A stretch of DNA of 63,494 bases, filler included. It is 7 parts of 7 records of this genome, joined end to end, with 100 filler letters (N's around TTAATTAATTAA, not from the genome) between each part and the next. Parts side by side here need not be neighbours in the genome. Positions count along the whole stretch, not along the records: positions 35,265 to 44,278 come from SRR31147125_7391; positions 44,379 to 51,583 come from SRR31147125_7403; 5 more parts are not named here. One strand, 5' to 3'. The first letter of the stretch is position 1. Each line of letters starts with the position of its first letter. Positions 39,339-50,237 of the stretch are shown here, one piece after another. Below the pieces are notes generated by a model. That model was not told the origin of the DNA, made no database searches, and saw only the letters and a list, made by a program, of their open reading frames with translations. The position numbers and the translations under genes are program-made.

Positions 39339-41996
39339 TTAAAGGTCTGAGCGTTTGCTCAAACCTTTTTCTTTAACTAAATATGCTGTTGGTATATATA
39401 TATGTGTATTTGTGGGTGCAACTTTACTCCCAATTGAAGCAAATGGATGACTAATAGGTTCAAAATCTATATTGTTTAATCCTTTGATTTCTAAATCTTC
39501 AACAAGTAAATCTCGCATGTATAGTGCAGTATCGATATCATTTTCACTACGTACATCTTCAAGAGAATCCCAATAATAGACATAGCTATTAACTGCTACC
39601 GTATAAGTGTCTTGTTGATTGAGTGTGATGCCATCAGCTAGACTATAATGAAGTGATGAACTATCTAATAAAAATGATATGTCATCATAGGTTGCTTCAA
39701 TGAGCCACATGGTATTATCAAACGGGAATATTTCATAAAGTTGTGCAAGTGTGACATAATCACCATCTATAATATTTCCTGTTGATCTAACACCACCTGT
39801 ATTAGAAATTGCGATATCAGCACTAGTCGCACTAACCATCACATTTGTGATCCAATCATATAAATCACTTCGATTATAGACGGTTTCACCAGCGATTGTT
39901 AGATTAACCGTACCTAATTCACTCTTAACAGTTTGTAAGTAAGTCTCAATGGCTTGATCGAAATTTGTACCAACACTTGAAACATAAGCAATCGATACAT
40001 CATAATTAGTAATTGACATTTCAGCAGTTGATATTTCAAAATCAATGACACCAACACCTGAGTTATTACCACCTGCTTGAACAAGCATGAGTGGTGTATC
40101 ACCAGTTCTTGTAATCATACCTGTTTGATTTCTATGCGTGTGACCATTAATAACAACATCAACCAAGTATGTACCATCACTGTCTTTTAAAGTTGCGATA
40201 TCTTGATTATAAGTATAATTTTCAATATCTGACGTGTTACCACCATGAATATTGACAACAATTAAATCTGCACCATCTGATTTTAGATTTCTTCCTAAAC
40301 GTTCAACTGATGCTGCAATATCTAGATCAAAATAATAATCTTGTACTTCAGTATATGCAATCGATTGATAAATATCACCCACATAACTAATGACACCTAC
40401 ATTTACATAGTCTTTTTCGATGATATAGGAAGCATAAACCTGACCATCAACTACCGATAATAATTGATCATTATCATGTTGATAGATATTGGCATTTAAT
40501 AATGGAAAATTTGCTTCACCATTTGATGCGTCTAAATCAAAATAATTAAGTATAGTATCTATACCCCAATCAAACTCATGATTACCGATACCCATCACAT
40601 CAAAATTCATCATATTCATAATATCAATAACGACACGGCCTTCAGTCATATTGGAAACAGCGGTACCTTGAAACATATCACCATTTGCAATTAGTATTGA
40701 ATCATCAACATTGGATTGTAGTTGATCAATTAAATAAGCAGTATTTGATATTCCACCCATACCGTAATCGTCTTTTTCAATATAACCATGTAAATCATTG
40801 ACAGAAATAATTGAAAAATTTAGTGTATCCGGCACATTGTTTTCTTCAATTGATGTCATAATCAGAGTAGCTGTTTGGTAATTATCTCCTGTCAAGTTGA
40901 TAAGATAACCTGTGAGGGTCACTTGCTTAGATATATAATCTTCAAATGATGTAGATTCATTTTCTAAAATAACTTGGAAATCACTTGTATTAAATGTGAT
41001 GATGAACTGGTCGTCTTGTTGACTTAGATAACCATCAAATGAAATATATTTCCCAACTTCAAAAGATGATTGGTAGTCTGCGAGTTCTTCAGCAGTTAAA
41101 TATATGGGGTCTTGTGCTTCGATATATGTTTCATGAGAAATTTTTGAAATAATTGAATCTTGATCAAATGCGATGGACAAACCATATGTAACAGTATGCC
41201 CATAAACAGAGATTTCATCACCAGGTAAATAAGTAGAAGTATCATTTGATTGAATGAATATCATGTCATAGAAGTCACTGATTAATAGTCCATGAGAGGA
41301 AACAGCAACCACAACACCTTCTGTAAAATGTGGAAGTCCAACCTCTGATTGAAGAATATCCTCTATAGATGCTATCTCTTGAGTAACAGTAAAAATATCA
41401 GTGATAAGAATCGTGACTTTAAGATCTTCTTGGTACAATAGATAACCATTGATCATAACATCAGTATCAACATAAGATTGTAGATCTATCATATCTTTAG
41501 CATATGAAAGTGTGTAATCATTTAATGTATATGTATCTTCATTTAAAGATAACATACCTTCATAAGTGATATAATCACCGAGTTGGTATGTATCATCAAG
41601 TGATGCTATACGCTCAGGTAATGTCACAGCAGATCGTAATTCTTGATAGGTTGAGTCTATGATAATGGTGACATCTTTTGCATCCTTTAACATCACTTCA
41701 TCATATGCGATAAAGGAAGTTGCTGTTAGTTGAATGTAATCTCCAATATCAAATGTTTCTAGTGATGTTTCTAAAAACATCGAAAAGTTTTGATCAATTA
41801 AAAGAAAACCATCATCATTTTTAGCGATTGCTTTCGCTTTAATGGTATATGTTTGATTTTCACTAGCTTCACTATAAATATCTTCTAATGATGTGATCTC
41901 ATCAGAATTAATTTGCTCACAAGACGATAATGACATCAATAGAGCAAATAAAAAAAATGCTTTTAATAATTTATACATGGTAAAACCTCGTTTCAA
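39339..41996 (-). CDS. 5'-nucleotidase/metallophosphoesterase lipoprotein with N-terminal OB-fold-like repeats
   Basis: NDLHG, GDMFQG, GNHEFD, GHTH, NTGGVR, FPFDN; lipobox LSSC; the likely start is the ATG at 41978. Confidence 0.85.
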   Translation of the reverse strand: MKRGFTMYKLLKAFFLFALLMSLSSCEQINSDEITSLEDIYSEASENQTYTIKAKAIAKNDDGFLLIDQNFSMFLETSLETFDIGDYIQLTATSFIAYDEVMLKDAKDVTIIIDSTYQELRSAVTLPERIASLDDTYQLGDYITYEGMLSLNEDTYTLNDYTLSYAKDMIDLQSYVDTDVMINGYLLYQEDLKVTILITDIFTVTQEIASIEDILQSEVGLPHFTEGVVVAVSSHGLLISDFYDMIFIQSNDTSTYLPGDEISVYGHTVTYGLSIAFDQDSIISKISHETYIEAQDPIYLTAEELADYQSSFEVGKYISFDGYLSQQDDQFIITFNTSDFQVILENESTSFEDYISKQVTLTGYLINLTGDNYQTATLIMTSIEENNVPDTLNFSIISVNDLHGYIEKDDYGMGGISNTAYLIDQLQSNVDDSILIANGDMFQGTAVSNMTEGRVVIDIMNMMNFDVMGIGNHEFDWGIDTILNYFDLDASNGEANFPLLNANIYQHDNDQLLSVVDGQVYASYIIEKDYVNVGVISYVGDIYQSIAYTEVQDYYFDLDIAASVERLGRNLKSDGADLIVVNIHGGNTSDIENYTYNQDIATLKDSDGTYLVDVVINGHTHRNQTGMITRTGDTPLMLVQAGGNNSGVGVIDFEISTAEMSITNYDVSIAYVSSVGTNFDQAIETYLQTVKSELGTVNLTIAGETVYNRSDLYDWITNVMVSATSADIAISNTGGVRSTGNIIDGDYVTLAQLYEIFPFDNTMWLIEATYDDISFLLDSSSLHYSLADGITLNQQDTYTVAVNSYVYYWDSLEDVRSENDIDTALYMRDLLVEDLEIKGLNNIDFEPISHPFASIGSKVAPTNTHIYIPTAYLVKEKGLSKRSDL
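39341..39370. terminator. Terminator between convergent genes
   Basis: AAAGGTCTGAGC-GTTT-GCTCAAACCTTT followed by a T tract. Confidence 0.6.
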
Positions 41997-42052
41997 GTGT
42001 TTATGTGAATATTATAACGTATATGATAAAAAAATAGTACTTCGACGAAGAA

Positions 42053-42472
42053 CTATTTTTTAGATTCAATATAAGATTTTAAAATATTTAAACTTTGTAA
42101 AGTTTTAGCCTTAAATACATCTTCAGATGCTGGCGGTATATGATCAAAATAAAACTCGGTTTTAACTTTTAGCAATGTGTGATCGCTTTTTGATTTAAAG
42201 ATAAGAATTTGTCGATTAAAGGTTTTACCTAAACGATATGTAAAAACAGCATGATATGGACGGTTATATAATTCTAGAGACTCTTCCATAATTATATGAT
42301 TCTCATAGATAAGATGAATTAAGTGATGCGGTTCAAGATATTGACCAGATATAAGTTTAACATCTAAAAGATTTGGTTGCCATTTATCATAATTGTGATA
42401 ATCGAAATGTGCGTCAAAAACTTTTTCAATCGGTGCATGTATCAATAATTCATGTTCATATGTATACATCAA
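42053..42472 (-). CDS. SRPBCC family protein
   Basis: IHAPIEKVF...KWQPNL pattern. Confidence 0.7.
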   Translation of the reverse strand: MMYTYEHELLIHAPIEKVFDAHFDYHNYDKWQPNLLDVKLISGQYLEPHHLIHLIYENHIIMEESLELYNRPYHAVFTYRLGKTFNRQILIFKSKSDHTLLKVKTEFYFDHIPPASEDVFKAKTLQSLNILKSYIESKK

Positions 42473-42526
42473 ATTACCTCTTTTTCTTTATTTTACCAAA
42501 AAAAGATAAAAACTAAAAAAATGTGG

Positions 42527-44172
<1,646 letters not shown>

Positions 44173-44233
44173 ATATCTGACATATCTTTGATATGATAAA
44201 ATCAAAGTAGGTAGACAATAAAGGAGTAAACCG

Positions 44234-44278
44234 ATGGATAAAATTATTATTTTAGATTTTGGATCACAGTACAATCAG
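44234..44278 (+). CDS. guaA: GMP synthase, N-terminal fragment
   Basis: MDKIIILDFGSQYNQ after an AAGGAG RBS, downstream of guaB. Confidence 0.85.
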
Positions 44279-44378
44279 NNNNNNNNNNNNNNNNNNNNNN
44301 NNNNNNNNNNNNNNNNNNNNNNTTAATTAATTAANNNNNNNNNNNNNNNNNNNNNNNNNNNNNNNNNNNNNNNNNNNN
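44279..44378. other. Artificial contig spacer
   Basis: N44-TTAATTAATTAA-N44. Confidence 0.99.
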
Positions 44379-44425
44379 TCGACTGACTCCGATTAATATC
44401 GGAGGAAGCGGAGAGATCTATTCAT

Positions 44426-44599
44426 GAGAAGGTGTATTTGAAATGTGCAAAAAGATCCCCAAAGCTCCGTAGGAGCGAAATATTTGTAGAATAGCATTAT
44501 CCCCCAAAAACCAAGCGCCGTAGGTGCGACACCTCTAAATATATTATTTTTTCTCACACTTGTGCACCGAATCCACCAGCTGACGGAGAAGGTGTATTT
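44426..44599. repeat. REP-like doublet flanked by 14-bp direct repeats
   Basis: AGCTCCGTAGGAGCGA (44463) and AGCGCCGTAGGTGCGA (44514); GAGAAGGTGTATTT at 44426-39 and 44586-99. Confidence 0.6.
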
Positions 44600-44708
44600 T
44601 TGACAAAATCGTCCTGAAAGATACATTTAACCCCCACTCATTATATTTTATACATTCATAATCAAGAACACAACATCGTTTACAGTAATGTCGTTTCTAT
44701 ATTTATGC

Positions 44709-44737
44709 TTGACAAGGCCAAATAATGGCGATATATT
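44709..44737 (+). promoter_or_regulatory. sigma70 promoter of the R-M operon
   Basis: TTGACA-17bp-TATATT, about 30 bp before the first gene. Confidence 0.65.
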
Positions 44738-44767
44738 ATGAAGTGATTGAAATTCTGGAGATTGTGA

Positions 44768-45346
44768 GTGAAAGTAAAGTTAAAAGACATCGCGGAAATA
44801 CACATGGGTTACCCCTTTAGGAGTCGGCTCGAATACAGGATGAATGGGACCCTAGGCGTGATACAAATGAAAGATTTGTCATCCGCGAATAGAGTTGATT
44901 GTGATACGGTTCAAAGAATCGACCCCTTTACTTTTGATCATAAATATTTTGTTCGGAAAGGTGATTTGATCTTTCGTTCGCGCGGAATGACAAATACGGC
45001 GGCTATTCTTGATAAAGAACCGCACGATGCAATAGTCGCTGCCCCAATGTTGCGAATCAGAGTAAAAAGGGATGTGATTCTGCCTGAGTTCTTGTGTTGG
45101 CACATTAATCAAAAACCTTCTCAACAATATCTCATGATCCGAAGAGAGGGAACTCATGGTGGGATGATCTCGCGGCAAACTTTAGAGAATTTAGAGATTG
45201 ACATACCTTCAATTGAGAAACAAAAAATAATCGTTGAATTAATTAATTTGCATGATCACAGGCAAAATCTTGAAAAAAAACGTATAGAACTACAGAAGCG
45301 TGAGTTAACGACTCTTTTAATGAACATAATAAAAGAAGGAAAATAA
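44768..45346 (+). CDS. Half-size type I specificity subunit (single TRD)
   Basis: KLKDIAEI..G, KGDLIFRSRG, LPEFLCWHIN, IPSIEKQKIIV. Confidence 0.75.
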   Translation: MKVKLKDIAEIHMGYPFRSRLEYRMNGTLGVIQMKDLSSANRVDCDTVQRIDPFTFDHKYFVRKGDLIFRSRGMTNTAAILDKEPHDAIVAAPMLRIRVKRDVILPEFLCWHINQKPSQQYLMIRREGTHGGMISRQTLENLEIDIPSIEKQKIIVELINLHDHRQNLEKKRIELQKRELTTLLMNIIKEGK

Positions 45347-45347
45347 A

Positions 45348-45521
45348 ATGGCAAAAAATAAACCTGTTGGCGACAATGCTCGAGTAGGAGCTGTAAGAAA
45401 AAGATCGCAAGTGTTTAATCCCCAAAATCAGCGATTTGTAAAAAGAGATGCTGAAACGGGTAAATTCATGGATATAAAATCAGATGGCACGCCCTTTAAA
45501 GGCGTTCGCAAGGAGAAATAA
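45348..45521 (+). CDS. Small basic protein (57 aa), absent from the ORF track
   Basis: MAKNKPVGDNARVGAVRKRSQVFNPQNQRFVKRDAETGKFMDIKSDGTPFKGVRKEK; AAGGA RBS; exactly fills the gap between the half-hsdS gene and hsdM. Confidence 0.75.
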   Translation: MAKNKPVGDNARVGAVRKRSQVFNPQNQRFVKRDAETGKFMDIKSDGTPFKGVRKEK

Positions 45522-47081
45522 ATGAACAATAAGATCAAACAAAGTGATATCAACTCTGCGGCCTGGTCAGCTTGCGATACGTTCCGTGGAGTGGTGGATC
45601 CGGCGCAATATAAAGACTATATCCTGGTGATGTTATTTTTGAAATATATCTCGGATGTATGGCAGGCACATTATGATGAATATCAAAAAGAATACGGCAA
45701 TGATCCGGAGCGGATTGAACGACGCTTAAAACGCGAACGCTTTGTCCTGCCGATGATAGAGATCACGGATCCCTCGGATTTGAGTGTTGTAAAAGAACGT
45801 TTCAGGGCTTCTTATCACAGCTTGTATGAACGACGCAATGCGGCCAATATCGGCGAACTGATCAACATCGTGCTTGAACATATTGAAGAAGCGAACAAGG
45901 AAAAGCTCGAAAAAGTGTTCAGGAATATCAATTTCAACTCGGAGCCTAATCTTGGTCAGACCAAAGACCGCAACCGCCGTTTGAAGCAATTGCTGGAGGA
46001 TTTTAATAAAAAAGAATTGGATATGCATCCTTCGCGGGTTAACGAAGATATTATCGGAAGCACCTATATTTATCTGATCGAACGTTTTGCGGCCGATTCC
46101 GGGAAAAAGGCAGGAGAATTCTTTACGCCCTTGAATGTAACGCGTTTGGTTGCAAAATTAGCGCAACCCAAGGCGGGTGATAAGATATGTGATCCCGCTT
46201 GCGGATCCGGTGGTTTGCTGGTTCAAGCTGCTTACGAGGTCGGCTCGGATGATGTTGCGCTATATGGACAAGAATCCAACGGCTCCACCTGGGCGTTGTG
46301 TCGCATGAATATGTTTTTGCATAATTTTGATGCCGCACGTATCGAATGGTGCGACACCTTGAACAGTCCTTTGCTGATCGAAGACGACAAGCTTATTAAA
46401 TATAACTGCGTTGTGGCAAATCCCCCGTTTTCTTTGGACAAATGGGGTGAAGAGAATGCTCAGAGCGATCCATTTAATCGTTTCTGGCGCGGCGTGCCTC
46501 CCAAGAGCAAAGGCGACTGGGCCTTTATTACGCACATGATCGAAACCGCCTTGGAAAAAGAAGGCCGGGTGTCGGTGGTGGTCCCACACGGTGTCTTATT
46601 CCGCGGAGCCCGCGAAGGCAAGATACGCCAGCACATGATCGACGAAAATTTACTGGATGCCGTGATTGGATTACCGGCAAATCTCTTTCCCACTACATCT
46701 ATTCCGGTGGCTATTTTGGTCTTTGACCGCGCCCGCGAAGCAGGCGGAGCCGAAGAAAACCGTAAGGATGTGCTGTTCATTGATGCCAGTAAAGAATTTA
46801 TGCCGGGTAAAAACCAGAATATCCTCAGCGAAGAGTATCTTGAAAAGATCGTAAAGACTTATAAAGAGAGAAAAGATGTTGAGAAGTACGCGCAGATCGC
46901 CACGATCGATGAGATCAGGGAAAACGACTATAATCTGAACATCCCGCGCTATGTGGATACTTTTGAAGAGGAAGAAGAGATCGATATCGATGTCGTCCAG
47001 GCAGAGATCGATGAATTGGAAAAAGAACTGGCAGTCGTAAGAAAGCAAATGGCGGAAAAACTGAAGGAAATACAAAGATAG
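45522..47081 (+). CDS. hsdM: Type I R-M methyltransferase subunit
   Basis: GEFFTP, DPACGSGG, ANPPF, YNLNIPRYV. Confidence 0.95.
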   Translation: MNNKIKQSDINSAAWSACDTFRGVVDPAQYKDYILVMLFLKYISDVWQAHYDEYQKEYGNDPERIERRLKRERFVLPMIEITDPSDLSVVKERFRASYHSLYERRNAANIGELINIVLEHIEEANKEKLEKVFRNINFNSEPNLGQTKDRNRRLKQLLEDFNKKELDMHPSRVNEDIIGSTYIYLIERFAADSGKKAGEFFTPLNVTRLVAKLAQPKAGDKICDPACGSGGLLVQAAYEVGSDDVALYGQESNGSTWALCRMNMFLHNFDAARIEWCDTLNSPLLIEDDKLIKYNCVVANPPFSLDKWGEENAQSDPFNRFWRGVPPKSKGDWAFITHMIETALEKEGRVSVVVPHGVLFRGAREGKIRQHMIDENLLDAVIGLPANLFPTTSIPVAILVFDRAREAGGAEENRKDVLFIDASKEFMPGKNQNILSEEYLEKIVKTYKERKDVEKYAQIATIDEIRENDYNLNIPRYVDTFEEEEEIDIDVVQAEIDELEKELAVVRKQMAEKLKEIQR

Positions 47082-47200
47082 ATAATGTGTTCAAACCATT
47101 TTACCGACGTCGGCAACATGGTCTGTAGCTACTGTAACATATCTTAAAAGCAACTATCCGAAATTTCCGGATGGTTCAAACAAAACAAAGAGGGTGACGT

Positions 47201-47515
47201 ATGAAAGAGAAGACATTGGAAAAACAGCACAAGAAAACATTTGATGATCTAAAACACATCAATGCGGATGATCGAGAATTTTGGTATGCCCGGGATCTGC
47301 AAAGAGCGCTTGATTATTCGCGCTGGGAAAAGTTTTTTCCTGTCGTTGAAAAAGCGAAAACCGCTTGTGATAATTCTGAGCAGGCTGTCGACAACCATTT
47401 TCACCAAATGGTGAAAATGGTCCTTATCGGATCAGGAAGTCAGCGGATTGATAAGCATTTCGTGGAGATGCGCGAGATGGCGACTAGTTTCCCTGTAGCC
47501 GGAGGTCTGTTATGA
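47201..47515 (+). pseudogene. dinD: DinD/BRO-N-like N-terminal fragment
   Basis: EFWYARDLQRALDYSRWEKF...KAKTAC...NHFHQMVKMV.IGSGSQR; ends after a second NHF-like motif. Confidence 0.65.
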
Positions 47516-48369
47516 AAGAGATCATTAAAGCAAACGGTACGGAAATTTCAGTGATTTCATCTTTTGGAAAAGAAGATTTCATATCATTAACAGATATTGC
47601 TAGATATAAGAACCGGCAAGAACCCAAAGATGTTGTAAAAAATTGGCTGAGAAATAGAAGTACTATAGAGTTTCTGGGTATTTGGGAGCAAATAAACAAC
47701 CCTGATTTTAAAGGGGTCGAATTCGACTCCTTTATAGAGCAATCCGGTGCTAATGCGTTTACATTATCACCCAAACGATGGATAGAAAACACCCATGCGA
47801 TTGGCATTGTATCAAAATCGGGTCGTTATGGAGGAACTTACGCGCATAAGGATATTGCTTTTGAGTTTGCTTCCTGGATCTCAGCTGAATTCAAATTGTA
47901 TATTATTAAAGATTACCAGCGCTTAAAAGCGGATGAGAACAGCAAACTTTCCCTTTCATGGAATGTAAACCGCATGATCTCCAAAATCAATTATCGTATT
48001 CAAACGGATGCCGTAAAAGAGCATTTGATCCCGGAAAAAGTAACGGCAAAACAGCGTTCTTTTGCCTATGCCGATGAAGCAGATCTGTTAAATATTGCCA
48101 TGTTTGGGATGACCGCTAAAGAATGGCGAGAGCAAAACCAGGATGCGAAAGGCAATATACGGGATAGTGCGACAGTACAACAATTAATTGTGCTGTCGAA
48201 TTTAGAAAGTATGAACGCGGAATTGATCAATGATAAGATCCCGCAAAGTGACAGACTCAAACGATTAAATGATATGGCGATCAGACAGATGGGGGCATTG
48301 GTGGAAAATGATCATATTAAAAAACTTGAAAAAGAGATAAAAAAAGATAAACCCGAACTTGAGGAATAA
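47512..48369 (+). CDS. KilA-N domain DNA-binding protein
   Basis: DFISLTDIARY, NWLRNRSTIEFLGIWE, GRYGGTYAHKDIAFEFASWIS. Confidence 0.9.
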   Translation: MKEIIKANGTEISVISSFGKEDFISLTDIARYKNRQEPKDVVKNWLRNRSTIEFLGIWEQINNPDFKGVEFDSFIEQSGANAFTLSPKRWIENTHAIGIVSKSGRYGGTYAHKDIAFEFASWISAEFKLYIIKDYQRLKADENSKLSLSWNVNRMISKINYRIQTDAVKEHLIPEKVTAKQRSFAYADEADLLNIAMFGMTAKEWREQNQDAKGNIRDSATVQQLIVLSNLESMNAELINDKIPQSDRLKRLNDMAIRQMGALVENDHIKKLEKEIKKDKPELEE

Positions 48370-48370
48370 G

Positions 48371-50224
48371 ATGGGTGAACAGAAAAAACATAATGAACAT
48401 ATAACAACTTATCTTGATTGGTATTTAGATCTTGAAAATCCTGAATTTGCTTTTATGGTCAAAGGAGATTGGGGAACAGGCAAGTCGTTTTTTATAAAAG
48501 AATATCAAAAAGAGAAACATAATGCTTACAAGTTTGTGAATATTTCACTTAATGGTGTTTCTAATATTGAAGAAATCTCAAAGCAATTTCTTGCTTCATA
48601 CTTTCCCGCATTGAATAATAAATACTCAAATATTATTTTTAATTTAGTAGCGGGAACAGCTAACCATTTTGGATATAATTCGTTATTAGCCAAATTGAAA
48701 TATCGCGACTTTATTGATTCATTAAATTACAACAAGGAAAAGAAATGTATTATTGTTTTTGATGACTTTGAACGTCATTGTTTTAAATCTCATCAGACAG
48801 CAATGGGTTTTATAAATACTTTTATTGAAAAGAATAAGCTTAATGTGATCATTGTATCAAATGAAGATGATATAAATAAAGAGAAAAACAATAAGTATGA
48901 TCTAATAAAAGAAAAGGTTATTGGACAAACTTTAACAATTGATACACCCGTTAAATATGTTTTTGATTTAATACTGGAAGATTTGTCAAAAAATGAAAAA
49001 ACAAGAAAGGCTATCGAGGTTATCAAAAACTACTATGACGTTGTATTTGAAATCATTGAAAAGAGTGAATGTCGAAATTTTCGTGTTATCCGACAAACAA
49101 TACAGAATTTTTCACGATTGGCTGAGCTTGTTGATTTAAAGTATCTCAAAAATGAGACATTTACCGGCAGATTAATAATTATATTTTTTGCTTTTGAAAT
49201 AGAACACAGAATCGGAAAGCTCAATGCAAAAATCTTTGATGAAATTCGGGGAGGTGGATATATCTTTGCGGTCGAAGGAAAAGATGATCGCTATAAAACT
49301 AAAGTTACTAATGAGATGCGAGAAGCATGGGAGATATTGAAAAAATATAATTTTAGCACCCTATACGACACTTTTGTATTTGATACTGCAACCTGGAGAA
49401 AGTGGTTGTTTGAAGGCAATATATCCAAGGATATTATTTTCAAAAATATCGAGAGCAGTAATTATTTTAATAAAGAAACCAATATTTCGAAAATTGTTGA
49501 CTGGATAGATCTTTCTGATGACGAATTCAATCAGGTTATTAAAGAAATAATCAATAAAATTAAAAATCAAGAACTAAGGAATTCATCAGATATATTTTTA
49601 GTATATAACAGATTCCTTTATTTTGGTAAGCACGGCTATGATTTCTCGGAATTATCGACAGGTGATATTAATAATGTTTTTCTAGATTATATTAATGAAA
49701 TCAGCAAGAAAGGTTTACTAGAAGAAGATTACAACTTTTTACACCAAGATTATAGCCCACAAGGCAATGTTGATAAATATAACAATGTAAAATCTAGTCT
49801 CTTGTTAGCAATTCAAAAAGCATCTATGAAAGACGATGAAGTAAGGGCAAACAAAGTTCTTTCTATTATGAAAACTGATCCCAAAAAAGCCGGCAACATG
49901 ATTTGTAAAATAATTGATGAAGATACGGAACAACCTAAAAAATTATTTGAATTTATTGACTCTAATGAATTCGTTGATCGCTATAATGATATTGATAATA
50001 AAGACAAAAGAATAATATGCTATAAAATTAAAGATCGATTCAGAATTATTCATCATAATGAGTGGTTGTTGGATGAAAAAGAATTTATTGAAAAATCAAT
50101 CGAATACATTCAAGAAAGAATTGAAAAAGAAGCATATTCTCCCTCGGTTTTCAACCTTGAACAATTGAAAATAGCGCTTGAAAAAGGTATTGAAATAATG
50201 GAAGCATATGAAAAAAATAAATGA
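48371..50224 (+). CDS. KAP-family P-loop NTPase
   Basis: Walker A GDWGTGKS, Walker B IIVFDDFER, KEKVIG, NFR; GAGG RBS before the ATG at 48371. Confidence 0.8.
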   Translation: MGEQKKHNEHITTYLDWYLDLENPEFAFMVKGDWGTGKSFFIKEYQKEKHNAYKFVNISLNGVSNIEEISKQFLASYFPALNNKYSNIIFNLVAGTANHFGYNSLLAKLKYRDFIDSLNYNKEKKCIIVFDDFERHCFKSHQTAMGFINTFIEKNKLNVIIVSNEDDINKEKNNKYDLIKEKVIGQTLTIDTPVKYVFDLILEDLSKNEKTRKAIEVIKNYYDVVFEIIEKSECRNFRVIRQTIQNFSRLAELVDLKYLKNETFTGRLIIIFFAFEIEHRIGKLNAKIFDEIRGGGYIFAVEGKDDRYKTKVTNEMREAWEILKKYNFSTLYDTFVFDTATWRKWLFEGNISKDIIFKNIESSNYFNKETNISKIVDWIDLSDDEFNQVIKEIINKIKNQELRNSSDIFLVYNRFLYFGKHGYDFSELSTGDINNVFLDYINEISKKGLLEEDYNFLHQDYSPQGNVDKYNNVKSSLLLAIQKASMKDDEVRANKVLSIMKTDPKKAGNMICKIIDEDTEQPKKLFEFIDSNEFVDRYNDIDNKDKRIICYKIKDRFRIIHHNEWLLDEKEFIEKSIEYIQERIEKEAYSPSVFNLEQLKIALEKGIEIMEAYEKNK

Positions 50225-50237
50225 AGAAAGTACCTAA

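Noticed and set aside
44393-44626. 77-aa minus-strand ORF (…FYKYFAPTEL…)
   Set aside because: It is a translation of the REP-like repeats, not a credible gene.
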